Source: Antedon mediterranea (taxonomy: Eukaryota; Animalia; Echinodermata). From it: a stretch of DNA of 64,000 nucleotides. The stretch covers positions 21,345,365 through 21,409,364 of the forward strand of contig NC_092678.1 in the NCBI RefSeq assembly GCF_964355755.1, in the 5' to 3' direction. The position numbers and the translations under genes are program-made. The stretch's first letter is position 1; every line of letters begins with the position of its first letter. The notes under the pieces are model-generated. The model was given only the letters and a program-made list of their open reading frames with translations. It ran no database searches and had not been told where the DNA came from. Shown in pieces: positions 44,601-58,070 of this stretch.

Positions 44601-47600
44601 TCTAATTTTCTAAGTTGGGACCTCTGCCCACCTGATATGAAATATGCCAAATGTCTACATCGTTAAGCACACTTGACTTAAATTTCAACCTAGCTACAGT
44701 ATATTGTCCAGGTTGAATTATTCCAGGCTAATTTACTAGCAAATTGTGTCAATTAAATTAACTAATTAGGAAAACCATTAATTCTCACCTGATAATGGTA
44801 CATTCCATTCCACCGATCTTTATCAGACGTGAGTTACCAGCCGTTAGGTCGGAACCATAGATTTGAAGATTAGTGCCCCCAGATATAGGCCCATATGGGG
44901 GGTTGAATCCTTCAATGTTCGGATCCTGAAACAAACATAAAATTCATTTTAAAGTTCACTTTATTGTGATCTTTCAATTGAAAGTATATTAATGCTATTT
45001 ATTATTTATTATAACAAATATGAATAATGCAATTAATAAGACCAAAGACACACATAAAAATACCCTTGATTTTTGGAGAAAAGTAAGCAGACTTGTTATC
45101 ATTTATTATTATTTGCAATCATACCAACATTTTTTTCTATCTTGAAAATATACGGTTGTTGAAACTTTTTTTCTGTCTCAAAAATGAAAAAAATGATGAC
45201 GAAAACATAAAAAGTAGATCAGTCGAGGAGGCCGCAACTTTTTAATTACATTTTAAAATTAGTTTTCCATTATGTGAATTTATTTAATCATTTTTTGCGA
45301 TGATAAAAAATGCAGACTAATCACATTCACTCAAAGATGAAAACCGGCTTTAATATTGAATACCGAACATCTTAAAATTATTAACACGTCTCTTTGTATT
45401 CTAATGATCTGTAGATGAGACGAACTTTGAACTTTCAAAATCAACAAACCATATCAAGAAACATTCATATCAAGTTAATCTGTCTTGACCTATTTATGTC
45501 TTTTCTTGTATTCTTAAATCCATTGCAATTTGTTGGAATTGCTTAGTTGACAGAAAATTATAATGATGATGATGTTGCCAAACTAAATATATTTTATTGT
45601 ATGTAATTTTTTGTATAATAATATTATAGTAAACAAAATTGGATTTATTTTTTTCTGACCGTCATAACCAGGTATTTTGACATTTACCCCCTTTTCTACT
45701 GTCAAAGAATTCACATGATGTAAACTAACCAGCAATAAGGAAGAACATGTGTTTATTGTGTTTTTCTTATTGCTGCATATATGATAACAAAATTGGATTT
45801 CTTTTTCTCTGACCGTCATAACCAGGTATTTTGACATTTACCCCCTTTTCTACTGTCAAAGAATTCACATATATGTAAACTAACCAGCAATACAAGGAAG
45901 AACATGTGTTTATTACGTTTTTCTTCTTCCCGTGGTAACAAAATTGCATTTCTTTTTCTCTGACCATCATACAGTAACTGGGAATTTTGACATTTCCCCT
46001 TTTGTACGGTCAAAGAATGGTCATGTACGGTATGCAAACTAGTTATATACCAATAAGGAAGAACGTGTGTTTATTGTGTTCTTCCCGCATATAGGAAATT
46101 TAATTGCTTCCTATTTCGAAATCCTTGCCAAAACCAGGATAAGGTATTATACAATTGATTGTCCTTGATTAGAAGGGAATTTTTTTGACAAGTATTGTCC
46201 TACTTTTCAATCTGAGAGGAAATATAGACTAATTCTATTTAATGTACTTCTGTCAATTATAGATATAAATTTAAGTGTTTATTAGAGGATATCACGGTAG
46301 AGTCTACTGAGGGGAAGTTTCTTGTGAATTCAGGAATTTAATACACTGTATACTACAGTATGATTCTGTGTTTAAGGGTTAAACTATTTAGAAATTATTC
46401 CTCTCCTTGGTTGGACTTATTGTGTCATTAATAAGATTAAAATTATTTTGAGGATTTTGTTATATATATATATATATACATAACATAAGTTATAGAAATT
46501 ATTCATTCCCTCTTAAAACACTTCAATCACCGTTCTACAGACTTACCTCTCCTTTATTGAATTCTAATCAAATCCTTCAATTACACCCCTTTCCATTCCA
46601 CCCCCTTAATATTCATCTACATCCCTTTCCTTCAACTACGGCACCCTAACCCCCAAACGCAAAGTTCTATATCTCATTTCCTCCAACGACACCCCTTTCC
46701 ATCACACCACTTTAATTCAACTACACTCCTTTCCATTAACCCCTTACTGCTCCTACATTGATTTACTTACAACGTATGAGAAAGTCATTTCAGACAAAGC
46801 AATGCCTGTGATTGTATATGGAATAAGATCACTGTTCACATTGATGGAGACCGTAACAATTCCTTTTGTTGGTTCATCAACTGCAGCAGTAATGCAAGTT
46901 ATCCTAAAGAAAAAAAAAATACTTAAAATTAAAAAAATCTACATTTAGTTTATTATTGTTTATGCAATTTTTCAGCAGGTTTTATTTTTATAATCACATT
47001 CTGTTTATTGCCTCACATAGACTTCATTAATCATACTTAATTGTAGTAGAAGAATGTAGTTACTGCAGTAACTGCAGTAGAATAATGTTGACATGATCCA
47101 TTTTACTTTTATTCCCTTTTGTATTTATGACTTTTTATATTTTTAATTGTTTGAGCTAGTCAACAAAACTAATTTGCTTCTTGGACCAATAAAACTCTGT
47201 ATCCTGTATTCTTTTCATTAAGGATGTATATTTTAGGCCGAACCCATAATTACGCATAAAACCTTTGACATAATTTTGACTGTGTTTATAGTTCATTTAA
47301 ATTTCTTTCCTGCGTTGCTCATTCTGAAATAAAGCTAGGCTCTGTCTACACTATCAAACTTTATGTGACAAAAAAATCTGATGTGCCCATATATGGATGG
47401 ATGATGATGTCATATCACTACCATATTTGGGTATATCAGTTTGATAGTGTAGACAGAGCTTAAGAAACGAATACAAAAATGTGTGTGTACAGCAGTAAAC
47501 AATGCGTGTTAACTTGTTATTTATCCGCACCTTGACAGATAACTCTTTGTTAATTTTGTAATAAAGTACACTGTACATTCCTTGACTTGACTCGTGTAAG

Positions 47601-50600
47601 TCGTCATAAGGAACATGATGCGGTAGATAAGTCACTTCCTTTGATAGTCTTTATATAGATATACTACCTACTCAACGTGCAATTTAACCCACAGATTACC
47701 ACTAGTTCCTTGTACTGATTTATTCATTGTCTTTTAAACTTCTGAGTAAAGTGACATGTACGTTATGCCACCAACAATTAATTTTAGAATTTGGTGTAGT
47801 TGCAGAAGCTATCACAATTTCATCACTGCACATTAGTTATTATTATTTATGAGTGATAAGTTAAGTAACCAACTTACACATGTAATTCGCTTTTTTCTGG
47901 AATCGGAGTACAGATAACTCCTCCTGGTAAATTGATGGCGTGGGTACCCCTTGTCATGTTGACACCGACACCAAGGTTGTCACCGCTTATTATCAACTCT
48001 GTTCCCCCTCCCAATGGCCCTGACAGGGGCGATATCTGAAATAAAGAAAAAAGACAAATTAACCATTTGTAGCAACAGATTCATTGCGAAAGTTACATAG
48101 CATAGAATCAGATTTAAAAAAAATGGCTATTAATGTTAGATGGTTGGCAAGATATGTCTAGGAATAATAAATAGTTGTGTTACAAAAGCATATGTAGGCC
48201 TAGAGTGTTCCGGATGGATTTAAATTTTCCGGTAAAGATTTCTTTCACTTCTCATAAACACAATGTAGATGGCACCTATATTGGAAAAAAGCCAACTTTC
48301 AACAAGACATTTTGAAATATTGAAAAATAATACTGCGTGGTACCACTCCCTTGGATGTGCAGTAAAGCAATCACTTACTGCAGTTAAAAAAGCAATCACT
48401 TACTGCATAACTAATGTGCAGTAAAGCAATCACTTACTGCATAACTAATGCAGTAAAGCAATCAATTCATAACTACTGCAGTAAAGCTATCACTTACTTC
48501 ATAACTATTGCAGTAAATCACTTACTTCGTAAATAGCTGGTAGACATGCTGCCTGACTCCAGACCACACCTGCACCAAAGCATTCATTTTGGCTTGAGCA
48601 GTAATCACCACACCATCCACAAATTATGGGGTCTTCCGTCGTCACACAAGTTGAACAGTCTGGATACTGGGAACAGTCGTTGATTGGTACTTGAAAAAGC
48701 TGTAAAAATATAACACATTTTAATTGAAAGGAAATTGGAAAAAAAAACAAGATTTCACCATTATAAAGCTGTCTGCACTATCAAACTTTATGTGACAAAA
48801 AAAATGTGATACATGGACATGATGTTGTCATATCACTGCCATATTTGGGCACATCATACTTTTTTTGTCAAACTAGTTTGATTGTGTAGACAGAGCTTAA
48901 CACAAGAAAATTAAACCAAATTTCTAGTTGATTATTGATGCTTTGTACATGGAAGGATATCTTTTTTGGAAGACTCTTTGTCTGACCACATGAAGGAGGA
49001 ACCCAAAGAGGAGGCTTGAATGCAGTATGGTAGCAGACATGGAGTTTTATAGCAGCAATTAAAAGAAAGATGGAAGGGGGTTTTTTTTGCATCATCCAAC
49101 AGCATGTTCCCTCACCAAACTATTTTAAACTACTTTATCATGCTTAAAAACTAAGTCTCATTTGAGGATTGGTAGTGGACTTCAGTCATGAGTTAAAAAC
49201 CTGCCACTAGTATTGGAAGACATGCATGTTTAACCATCAAGCTACAACTCCACTGTTGTGTGGTTATGAATAAAATGAAAAAATGATGGAATAAAAACTG
49301 CAAAATGTCTTTAATAACTTAATAACTCTACTCTGAAATTGCATTGGCCTCCTCAAAATATAAATTATAATAATTACTCATTACTCTACAGTACACTCAT
49401 TATAGTCATGCCTCATTCAACTTTCAAAGAAAAAAAAACAGTTGTCTAATAATATCTGAAATAACAAACAATGAGGACATGTAATTCATGTGTGTAGTCT
49501 GTCAATATAATTCTCATTGCGTTTCTTACACACTCTCATTATCTAATCAATTCTATGTCTTGCAGGCTTCTTGAAAGTGAAAGCGTTCATTTTTCCGCGC
49601 TCTATCATTTCAGATCTTGATGGCATTAAAGATGCAGTCGACATACAAAACAATTATATCTTTTTTAATATCTGTATTCCTTTAATTATTATTCATTATT
49701 TATGAAGCACCTTTTCAAAAGATCCCAGCGCTGTACAGATAGTTAAACAGAAACCACATACACATAAAAAAAATAAAAATGTTACTTACTGTAGGGAACA
49801 AATATGTTTTTAGTTATTTCTTAGAAACACGAGAATTAGGAGCCTGTCGGATATAGTTTTTTAGTTCCTTATATTATATATTATACATCAGCGTAACCCT
49901 TTGTAACTTATATACAACATATACAGTACTGTAGTCCTTTTTTTAGTTCACCTTGTGTTATAATGGGCAACAGCATCTTTAAACTTCATTCATTCTCCAA
50001 TATAATGGTACGAATAACATAATATGGATTGCTAATCACTCACACCGCCTCAGGGAAAGCGCTGTAACTTTACCGTCCCCTTTATAAAAATCAGTGTTTG
50101 ATTAATGATGCTATTATCTAGCGAGGGGAAAATATCTTTAGAGAAAATGTAATGGAGGTTTGACATTTGATGTGTGTTTCCATGGAATCGCACAAAGGGC
50201 ATGGATTATCCATCTTAAAATGGTCAATTTATAGCATCTCAGAGTATAGTAATAGTAAAGTGGCGTAAGCAGTCTTGTCAATATGCCTTTCTACAGTACT
50301 ATTCAAGGTGTCTTGGGTTTAAGTCTCATTAGACTTAACTAATCCTATAATAAGCCATGAAATATAATTAGTATATTACAATTGAAAAATATGTTTGTCT
50401 ACTAATGCTATAATCTAGGATTCAAATCCAATTAAAATATTATTTTAAGAAAGTATAAACTAAAAATTACAAAAAAAAAAGGTTTTGTAGAGGTAGGTTC
50501 AGAATACTGAAACAAATTATGGTACAATTTAAAATACATCAAACATAAATAATATCATTTTAAAAATTTAGAAAATGAAATTTTTTTTAATTTGACAGAT

Positions 50601-51720
50601 TTGCTTGAAAAATATTTACAGTTGCAAACAAAATAAACTTATTTATACAATATAAATAAAAACAATTTAATAAATGAGTTTAATTGAATGTAACTCAATG
50701 TTTTTGTGTTTTATTATGTACCTTTACTGTACGCTCCCACTCCCGACCCCACCCATTAATATACTCTTGTTGACGACAACATTTAATCTACAAACAGTTT
50801 GTTGGCCATTTTGTTTTCATAAATCATAAATCCAGTTTATTATCATTTGTTCCCATAAATCAATGTTTTTCATTCCTGTATCAATCTGGTATATTCTATT
50901 TTTCAATGTTAAGCTCTAGTTTGACAAAAAAAAGTGTGATTTGCCCAAATATGGTAGTGATAAGTTTAAATATGGTAGTGATATGACATCATCGTGTCCA
51001 TATTATGCACACATCACAATTTTTTGTCTCATAAAATTTGATAGTGTAGACAGAGCTTTATTCCTTTTATAATACAGTATGTGTAATATAAACTACTCCT
51101 GTTATTCAAGCTAAATTTATAGATTCATTCATCAATGACTGGTTTGCAATCTATCAAGATGCTTTCTGGTATTCTATATGCCATTTGATATGGAATTACT
51201 TATACTACAACTGTACAATTTGTAAACCTCTCTTGGGAGCAATTCTATTGCAGTGTGTAAATCTGTACTGCAGATTTCATTTTATATTTCATTTGTAAAC
51301 TGACAGGTGCCCATTTATACTGCTGGGTAAATTTGCATAAACATGAAATTCAGGTAGATTTACATGAAATTATTACCAACAACTCAATGTTGTTTTTCAT
51401 TTGTCTTTCATAATCTTACATTTATTTTTAGAATAACGCATACAGTATATAAATGGAAGTAATTTTCCACTATGAATAAATGAATGAATATGCTTTTTCC
51501 CCCAATATGCTCATAGAGAGATGATTCATATCAATATATATTAACTTACATTTTGTGGAGTTCCAACATATATACTCTCCATATCTAGACTAAAAGGCAT
51601 ATCTTGAATGATAGGTCCGGGTGGATCCATAGTTTGGTTCCGGTATGGTGTCACTATTCCAGGAGGATTGACTCCACGTGGAGGTGGATTTCGCCCCTCA
51701 TTTCTTTCTCGTAAGATATA
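35685..51720 (-). CDS. MET: MET/RON (HGF receptor family) receptor tyrosine kinase, 5'-partial
   Basis: Minus-strand exons 51720-51550 (end of Sema), 48699-48526 (PSI: [14 protein letters not shown]), 48035-47878, 46903-46771, 44925-44789, 44501-44328, 43886-43781, 42540-42268, 41945-41796 (four IPT repeats), 41090-40847 ([25 protein letters not shown]), optional 39973-39917, 38693-38556, 38084-37822, 37429-37157, 36491-36355, 36069-35685 (TGA). All GT-AG and phase-compatible. Kinase motifs [65 protein letters not shown]; docking motif YVNV. Confidence 0.93.
36798..36925 (-). mobile_element. Poly(A)-tailed 3' end of a retroelement
   Basis: Reverse strand shows a GACCAA..AGGTG TTTAG CACCT..TTGGTC stem-loop, then AATAAA and a 16-nt A tract. 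Confidence 0.6.
38201..38343. mobile_element. MITE family A copy
   Basis: TAAGCTCTGTCCACACTATCAAAC ... TTTGATAATGTAGACAGAGC. Confidence 0.85.
40382..40465. mobile_element. MITE family A, left half
   Basis: AAAGCTCTGTCTACACTATCAAACTTTATGTGAC..., right TIR missing. Confidence 0.8.
41596..41720. mobile_element. MITE family A copy
   Basis: AAAGCTCTGTCTACACTAT ... TTTGATAGTGTAAACAGA. Confidence 0.8.
43360..43710. repeat. Degenerate (TATGGATCAATATACT)-like minisatellite
   Basis: Many ATGGATCAAT / ATGGATTAAT units about 16-17 bp apart. Confidence 0.85.
45635..46080. repeat. About 150-165-bp tandem repeat x3
   Basis: CTGACC(G/A)TCATA...TTTTGACATTT.CCCC...GTCAAAGAAT...AAGGAAGAAC(A/G)TGTGTTTATT recurs three times. 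Confidence 0.85.
47338..47462. mobile_element. MITE family A copy
   Basis: GCTCTGTCTACACTATCAAAC ... GTTTGATAGTGTAGACAGAGC perfect TIRs. Confidence 0.9.
48357..48530. repeat. About 30-bp degenerate tandem repeat built from a MET splice donor
   Basis: GCAGTAAAGCAATCACTTACT repeated; the last copy contains the functional donor of the PSI exon. Confidence 0.85.
48766..48900. mobile_element. MITE family A copy
   Basis: AAGCTGTCTGCACTATCAAAC ... TTTGATTGTGTAGACAGAGCTTAA. Confidence 0.85.
49686..49870 (-). mobile_element. Degenerate 3' end of an L2-like LINE
   Basis: Reverse strand reads ..[20 protein letters not shown] then CAGCGCTGGGATCTTTTGAAAAGGTGCTTCATAAATAA, resembling the L2 tail at 31691-31864. 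Confidence 0.55.
50911..51060. mobile_element. MITE family A copy (left TIR internally deleted)
   Basis: AAGCTCTAGTTTGAC ... TTTGATAGTGTAGACAGAGCTTTA. Confidence 0.8.
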
Positions 51721-51835
51721 CTGTAAAAAAGAAATTGCATAATTGAAGTTTAAACCCAGATAATGTAGTTTAATATTAAAATTTGCGAGAACATTCAATT
51801 TGTCATAATCATACATACAATAGAATCCCTAAGAA

Positions 51836-52274
51836 CATATCAGTACCCAACAATTGTCTCCTCATTGTCTCCTTTAATCATGCCCTTTCACATATCAGTA
51901 CCCAACAATTGTCTCCTCATTGTCTCCTTTAATCATGCCCTTTCATATATCAGTACCCAACAATTGTCTCCTCATTGTCTCCTTTAATCATGCCCTTTCA
52001 TATATCAGTACCCAACAATTGTCTCCTCATTGTCTCCTTTAATCATGCCCTTTCATATATCAGTACCCAACAATTGTCTCCTCATTGTCTCCTTTAATCA
52101 TGCCCTTTCATATATCAGCACCCAACAATTGTCTCCTCATTGTCTCCTTTAATCATGCCCTTTCATATATCAGTACCCAACAATTGTCTCCTCATTGTCT
52201 CCTTTAATCATGCCCTTTCACATATCAGTACCCAACAATTGTCTCCTCATTTTCTCCTTTAATCATGCCCTTTC
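51836..52274. repeat. 55-bp minisatellite, 8 copies
   Basis: Unit YATATCAGTACCCAACAATTGTCTCCTCATTGTCTCCTTTAATCATGCCCTTTCA at 51836, 51891 ... 52221. Confidence 0.97.
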
Positions 52275-52304
52275 GTCTCATGCGAAAGTGTCCCCTTTAG
52301 TACA

Positions 52305-55300
52305 TAGACTAGTCCAGATAGTCATATTTCCACTCTAATAAGATGCTGTAGGCATTTCGTGTTAAAAACGAATAAACATGTAGTCCAGATCCCTATGTCA
52401 AAAAAAGTGCCTTCGTGTGCAGATCATGGGGAAAGTGTAAACATTGTGTTTTATGAATATTTGAATCATGCTGGTTATAAAAACCCATGTTGTCAAATTT
52501 CTAAAATTCATCTTTGACCTCTGACCTCAATTTGAATGTTTTGACCCATTGAAAACAAAATGGTCATATCTTTGCAACGCTTAGATTAGATGAACCCGGA
52601 ACCTTCTGCTTGATATGCAGATCTCCTAACCATTAGACCACTGGGGTTTTCATTGTATTGTTCCAATTCGATTGTGCGATGCAGCGAGGCACACCAAATA
52701 TAAGTGTGAGGCATGCGAGGCATATAGTTTACAATTTCAAAAAGGTGCGAGGCATATAGTTTACAATTTCAAAAAGGTGCGAGGCATTTCTTAACGTGCA
52801 ATTATGCTATATTATAGGACTAATAATCAATTATTTATATTTTTAAAATAGGCCTAGCGTATCGAAATAGATTCGTGTATACACTCATCATGCTATGTTG
52901 TTTATTTTTATGTAACGATTGTTTTTTTCATTCAAGTCATATCGTGGCTGGTATAAGTTGACTACAATGTTCAAATTGTTTGTTCATAATGATAATGAAA
53001 GAGTTGGTCAAAAAGACTTCACAGAATCAATTCAATACAACAACAACGTATTTATATCAAAACATTTCTCGGAATAGAAATAGATTGTAAAATTGGTAAA
53101 AAAACAAACATGTTAAATGTATACAAACAACAATTGATAAAGACATAAGTATAATAATAATAATATATAAATTGAGAAAACTGCTAGAAAGTAGTGTATA
53201 ATTTATTTTATTTATGCATTGATATTACCATATATTAATGATTGTTGTGACATTTGAGGTAACACTTATAAAAGTACAGTACAAAATGTTTACAAAAAAA
53301 AGGTACTGTAATTTATAAAATTATCAATAGTGTAAGATGATAGCATTAGAGGTTTCGTTTTGAGGTTTTTTCATCTACAGTATTATATATAATGCCTTCA
53401 ATTCAGAATAAGGAAATAGAATTAACTAGCTTCACGGCCAAAATGATAATAGAGGACTAAAACAAAGTGGAATGCGTCAATTTCTCATGCATTTATTGGT
53501 GAAAAACACGTTTAATCTCAATATATTTGTTAATTTGTCAATAAAAATGCTGTAATATGTTACTGCTGATACTGTTCTGTTTTGTTCTGTTAAAGAATAA
53601 TAATCAATCCTAAATTTTGGGAAATGATAAAATGATGCCTCGAATTTTTTGATGATGGTAAAACGATGCCTCGCATAAATTTCTGACTTGCCTTGTTTTT
53701 GCGCATATCCTATGCCTGTTGTGCATGTAGTTCTCTGTGCCCTGGGGACCTGTGAACACCTGCACATAGCCGGCCTAGCCCATTAAACAATTATTACGCA
53801 ATAAACATTAAGCTATATATGCTTTGCAATTAGTGGTAATATGTAGGCCTACACACATAAATATAAGTTTAATTTATAGTATAATAATTAGATATCAAAT
53901 TAATAGTTTTCATACAATAATATCGTGGATTTATATAGCGCCTAATGTTGTGAAACATTATTACCCAGTCTATTGGATCAAACGTGTATGGAAACATCCA
54001 AAATTGAAATGACACATGAAATAAATGATGTCATATTGCAGTTTTTGGTATAACAAGTGAGCATCTTCATCTGCAATCAAAGTTGCTATTTCATTGCCAG
54101 AATTTTACCTGTTTGGTGACCAAGTCAACAACTTTTTTGGCTTATATTATAATGCTGTTTCCAAGATTCATCGAGCATAAAGGACATTATATTGTGCCAA
54201 CAAGAAGGATGAAGAACCATCAGTTAAAGATACTGCATATCAACGGTATTCAAAGGGTTTGGGTAATTTTCTAACTTGCCATCACTACCGGTGACCGGTA
54301 AACAAGCTTTGTTCTTATGTCATCCACACCAGCATTTGTTATAAATCTTTATGAATTTGAAATAATTTGAAATGGTGAATAAATTGATAATTGGTACTTA
54401 ATTACAGTATTTAAATTTCTACAACAAGCAGTATTTAACTTCCTTGGCAAAACATTTCAGGAAATGGAATCGAAACTTTGAATGCAGATGGAGCATTAAA
54501 TCTATTAGGGGCCTACTATTACTTTGGCATCATTAAAAAAATATTTTAAGACAGAAGAAGCAATATAGTGGAAAATCTGTAGTTAAAGAAAACACTGGGG
54601 AGCAAATGGCAACATCTTCAATGGCATTTCAAATGAGAAACGATCTGTACTTGCAAAGAAACAAAGATATGAATTATGAATGAATTCGAAACATGCATCT
54701 TTTGTTCAGTCCAAAATTAACAAGACATCTGATTAATAATAATTAATAGTAATCCACTTTACAGTAGGTGGTCTATAAGTAAAACCAACCGTTCGGCCAT
54801 TTTTAATTTATGCTAATGAACCCACTTTACAATGTCCGATTTTGGTAAACTTTGGATATGATGTTAATTGGGACCATATCAACCAGACAAAACAAAAACA
54901 AATTATGTTGCAATTTGTTCTAGGTTCAACCATACTTTTACTGGACTATAGGTAGAAACCATTTTTAACTTGCTATGTTAATTAAAAGCCAAGTTATAAG
55001 CCAAAATAAGTTTAAAATGATGGCGGCCATCTTGGATTTCAACATGGCGGCTGAAATAGAATATTTACAACTTTAATAACAATATATTTGGAATCCTCAG
55101 TATTACAAACATAGGTACTGTATAGACATCATTTCTAACCTACTATGTTACTTATATGTTAAGTTATAAGCCAAAATACGTTTTAAATGGCGACCATCTT
55201 GAATTCCAACATGGAGGTTGAAATAGAATATTTACAACTTTAATAACAATATATTTGGAATCCTCAGTATCACAAACATAGGTATAGAAACTATTTTTAA

Positions 55301-55642
55301 CTTGCTATGTTAATGAAAAGTCAAGTTATAAGCCAAAATACGTTTAAAATGGCGGCCATCTTGGATTTTAACATGACGGCTGAAATAGAATATTTTCAAC
55401 TTTAATAATATAGTTGGAATCTTCACTATCATAAACATAGGTATAGACACCATTTTTAACTTGCTACGTCACTTAAAAGTCAAGTTATAAGCCAAAATAA
55501 GTCTGATATGGCGGCCATTTTGTTTTTCACATTTTAAGGGTGAATATCTAAAAATTTGAATTCAGCACCCCAAAATTACCCTAAAACACACACACACGAA
55601 ATGCCTACAGCATTTCATTTTTCTCAAATCTGGACTAGTCTA
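52305..55642. mobile_element. 3.3-kb non-autonomous DNA transposon, Academ-like
   Basis: Perfect 15-bp TIR TAGACTAGTCCAGAT (52305-52319 / 55628-55642), perfect 20-bp subterminal IR ATGCTGTAGGCATTTCGTGT (52343-52362 / 55594-55613), and 3-bp TSD ACA. No intact transposase ORF. Confidence 0.8.
54950..55520. repeat. About 160-170-bp internal tandem repeat x3.5
   Basis: AAGTTATAAGCCAAAATA recurs at 54991, 55161, 55323 and 55482, each followed by ATGGCG(G/A)CCAT. Confidence 0.9.
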
Positions 55643-55981
55643 ACATGGGGTTTTGCTAGAATAGAGGTGTCCCTTTAATGCAGCCTGGGTGTTGCTAGAA
55701 TAGAGGTGTCCCTTTAATGCAGCCTGGGTGTTGCTAGAATAGAAGTGTCCTCTTAATGCAGTGTTGTTGTTAGAATATACAGGTGTCCCCTTTTATAGGA
55801 GTGTCGTTGGAATAGAGGTGTACACTTAATACTGGGTGTTGCTTGAATAAAGGTGTCCCAAAAGATGGTGTCTACTGTATATAATCTTGTAGTAATATTA
55901 ACATGTATTTTGTTTTATTTTACGAAGTAGTACAAATTACATTGGTATCATTATTCTAAAACAGTAGTTTTGACTCATTAA

Positions 55982-56330
55982 AGCCGATTTTCCACTAGGC
56001 GAATTTGTTCGCGCGAATCCAACGTTTCGAAGAGAAATAAATCGCCTACTCTCTTTCCACTACATGAGCGAATAGCTGCGACGTTCATGTTCCTCGCGTG
56101 GTTGCTGAGCATTTCGATTCGCATGAGTGCTCATGAAAGCGTCTTCCTGAGCTCTGATTGGTTGCGCAATGTAGAAACAATTCGAACTAGTAAATTTCGC
56201 TGAAGCGAAAAATCAAAGGAACTAGAATTCGTGGAAGAAGGCAGTATGACAGACAGAAACGCTAATACGCATGTGCATAGCATGACGCTTTCGATTCGCG
56301 CGAACAAATTCGCCTAGTGGAAAATCGGCT
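55982..56330. mobile_element. PIF/Harbinger-type MITE with perfect 38-bp TIRs
   Basis: AGCCGATTTTCCACTAGGCGAATTTGTTCGCGCGAATC at both ends (inverted), with TAA TSD at 55979-55981 and 56331-56333. Confidence 0.93.
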
Positions 56331-57161
56331 TAACTCATCATGTTCAGACAAACACGTGGGGAATTTGAGCTAATAATTATATGATCAGACTGTGGGAAAT
56401 GAGGCAAAGGCAAAAAATAATAAATGAATAGTCTTAGACTAAACTTTGACAATGTTGTAGTAACACCTTGACAGCACACATACAGGTTCAATAGTTGAAT
56501 GAAGAATGTTACAAATTATGAACGAAAATCCATTGTTGTACGGTTGTGTGCTTGATGCAAATAAGCTTGTCAACGGCAGGCTAGTACATCGGTTTGTAAT
56601 TAGTTAGATCAATACAAACTACAAAACTGACATCTCGTTTACGACGGCACTAGCTTTCTTAATTTACACACGTGAAACTTAACTCGATTATAGCCCTCTT
56701 AATAATTTACATTTTACTTAGCACTCTGCGTAACAAGGTTAGTACGCCAAAGGCGTATTATCAATGGAATAAACAGAATGGGTATTTGTCTACGAATTTA
56801 TTAATGTAATTTAAAGTCAATTTATCAAACAGAAATGTATCGGCATAAAAAAAAAAGAAAATGTGTAATTAATTAGTGATGATGACCATCTGATGATGAC
56901 AGTTAGTGTTGGTGTCAAATAAAATACTATACAGTATAAGATAGGGTTCTACGCTGTATGTTAAAGATGTATTGTCCACAAAAAAACCATGAAAAATGAA
57001 GATTAATTAAATCAGATTTTGTTATTTGTAGTTTTGCTAAACTTCTGCTGGAAAAAAAAAAGAACAATTTTTTCACTTATAAAATAACTAAATAAATGGT
57101 TACATTCAACCAAAACCCCATTGGCTAGTAGCCAATTTGACTATTTTTTGCAAACTTAGTT

Positions 57162-57693
57162 TTGTCAGGTAGATACATTTTTTTTGATGCGCGTTTGGTC
57201 AAAGTGGATAACTATTTATGTGACATTAAACATGGCATATTCAACAAAAAATGTTTAAGAATTATTTTTTCAGGTAGACAATACATCTCAACAAATTCAT
57301 TAGATTCCTTACTCGCACTTGTCCTAATTTTGATGTTTCTCTTATTTCTCTTGAAAATCGTAGAGTTGTTTTTGATATGTTTTTTTTATACAACTCATTC
57401 AATTCACGTTCCTTGTGGTCGTGTTGAATGCACAAAACGAGGTATCTTTCAGCGGTTACCTAACACATTTAATAGGTTACTTGTTACTTGTTTGGATATT
57501 GATTTATTTTATGATAGTTTAAATGTATTTAAGGGTAAAATTGTTCAATCTCTTTAATGTTGTTATCTTTGTTTATGTTTGTGTTGTTTGTATGAATACA
57601 TTTTATATTTATTATGTTTAGATTCAACCTGTGGCGGTTTTATCGCTGTTGGTTGACAACTGAATAAAATAAAAAATAAAATAAAAAAATAAA
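57162..57693 (+). mobile_element. 5'-truncated, degenerate CR1-group LINE 3' end
   Basis: ORF tail IHVPCGRVECTKRGIFQRLPNTFNRLL..DIDLFYDSLNVFK resembles CR1 ORF2 C-termini, followed by a CAACC...GGTTG stem-loop and an (AAATA)n tail. Confidence 0.6.
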
Positions 57694-58070
57694 TCTTATT
57701 ATAAAGTTAACTCTACAGTAAACATTCAGAAGACATAATGTCAACTATTTATTTTAATTTTATTTCTTGCATGTTTATTTTTTGTTATGATCAGCTTCGG
57801 CTGGATGGACCACCCTCGTAAAATATTGTTTAAATAAATACAATAAACAGCATCGTTGTCAAAATCAATCCTGACGGAGAAACTAAAGAGTCAATTGAGG
57901 AAACTGATTCAAATCAGGAAGTTTCAAGGATTGGCTATTCTTCAATTATTAGTTTAGATTGTTTAGATAGAAACTATTAAAACAATACGATAAACTGTAT
58001 AAAACCGAAAGTTTAATACACTAACACATTTCGCAAATCTATTGTTATTCCATATGTTTAAAGTTAGCTT

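Noticed and set aside
52591-52646. tRNA gene on the minus strand
   Set aside because: An A-box and partial B-box are present, but there is no complete T-arm or acceptor stem; a SINE or tRNA-derived fragment.
53950-54720. Decayed transposase coding sequence inside the Academ-like element
   Set aside because: The frames I read contain stops and I could not recognise any motif; needs tBLASTx.
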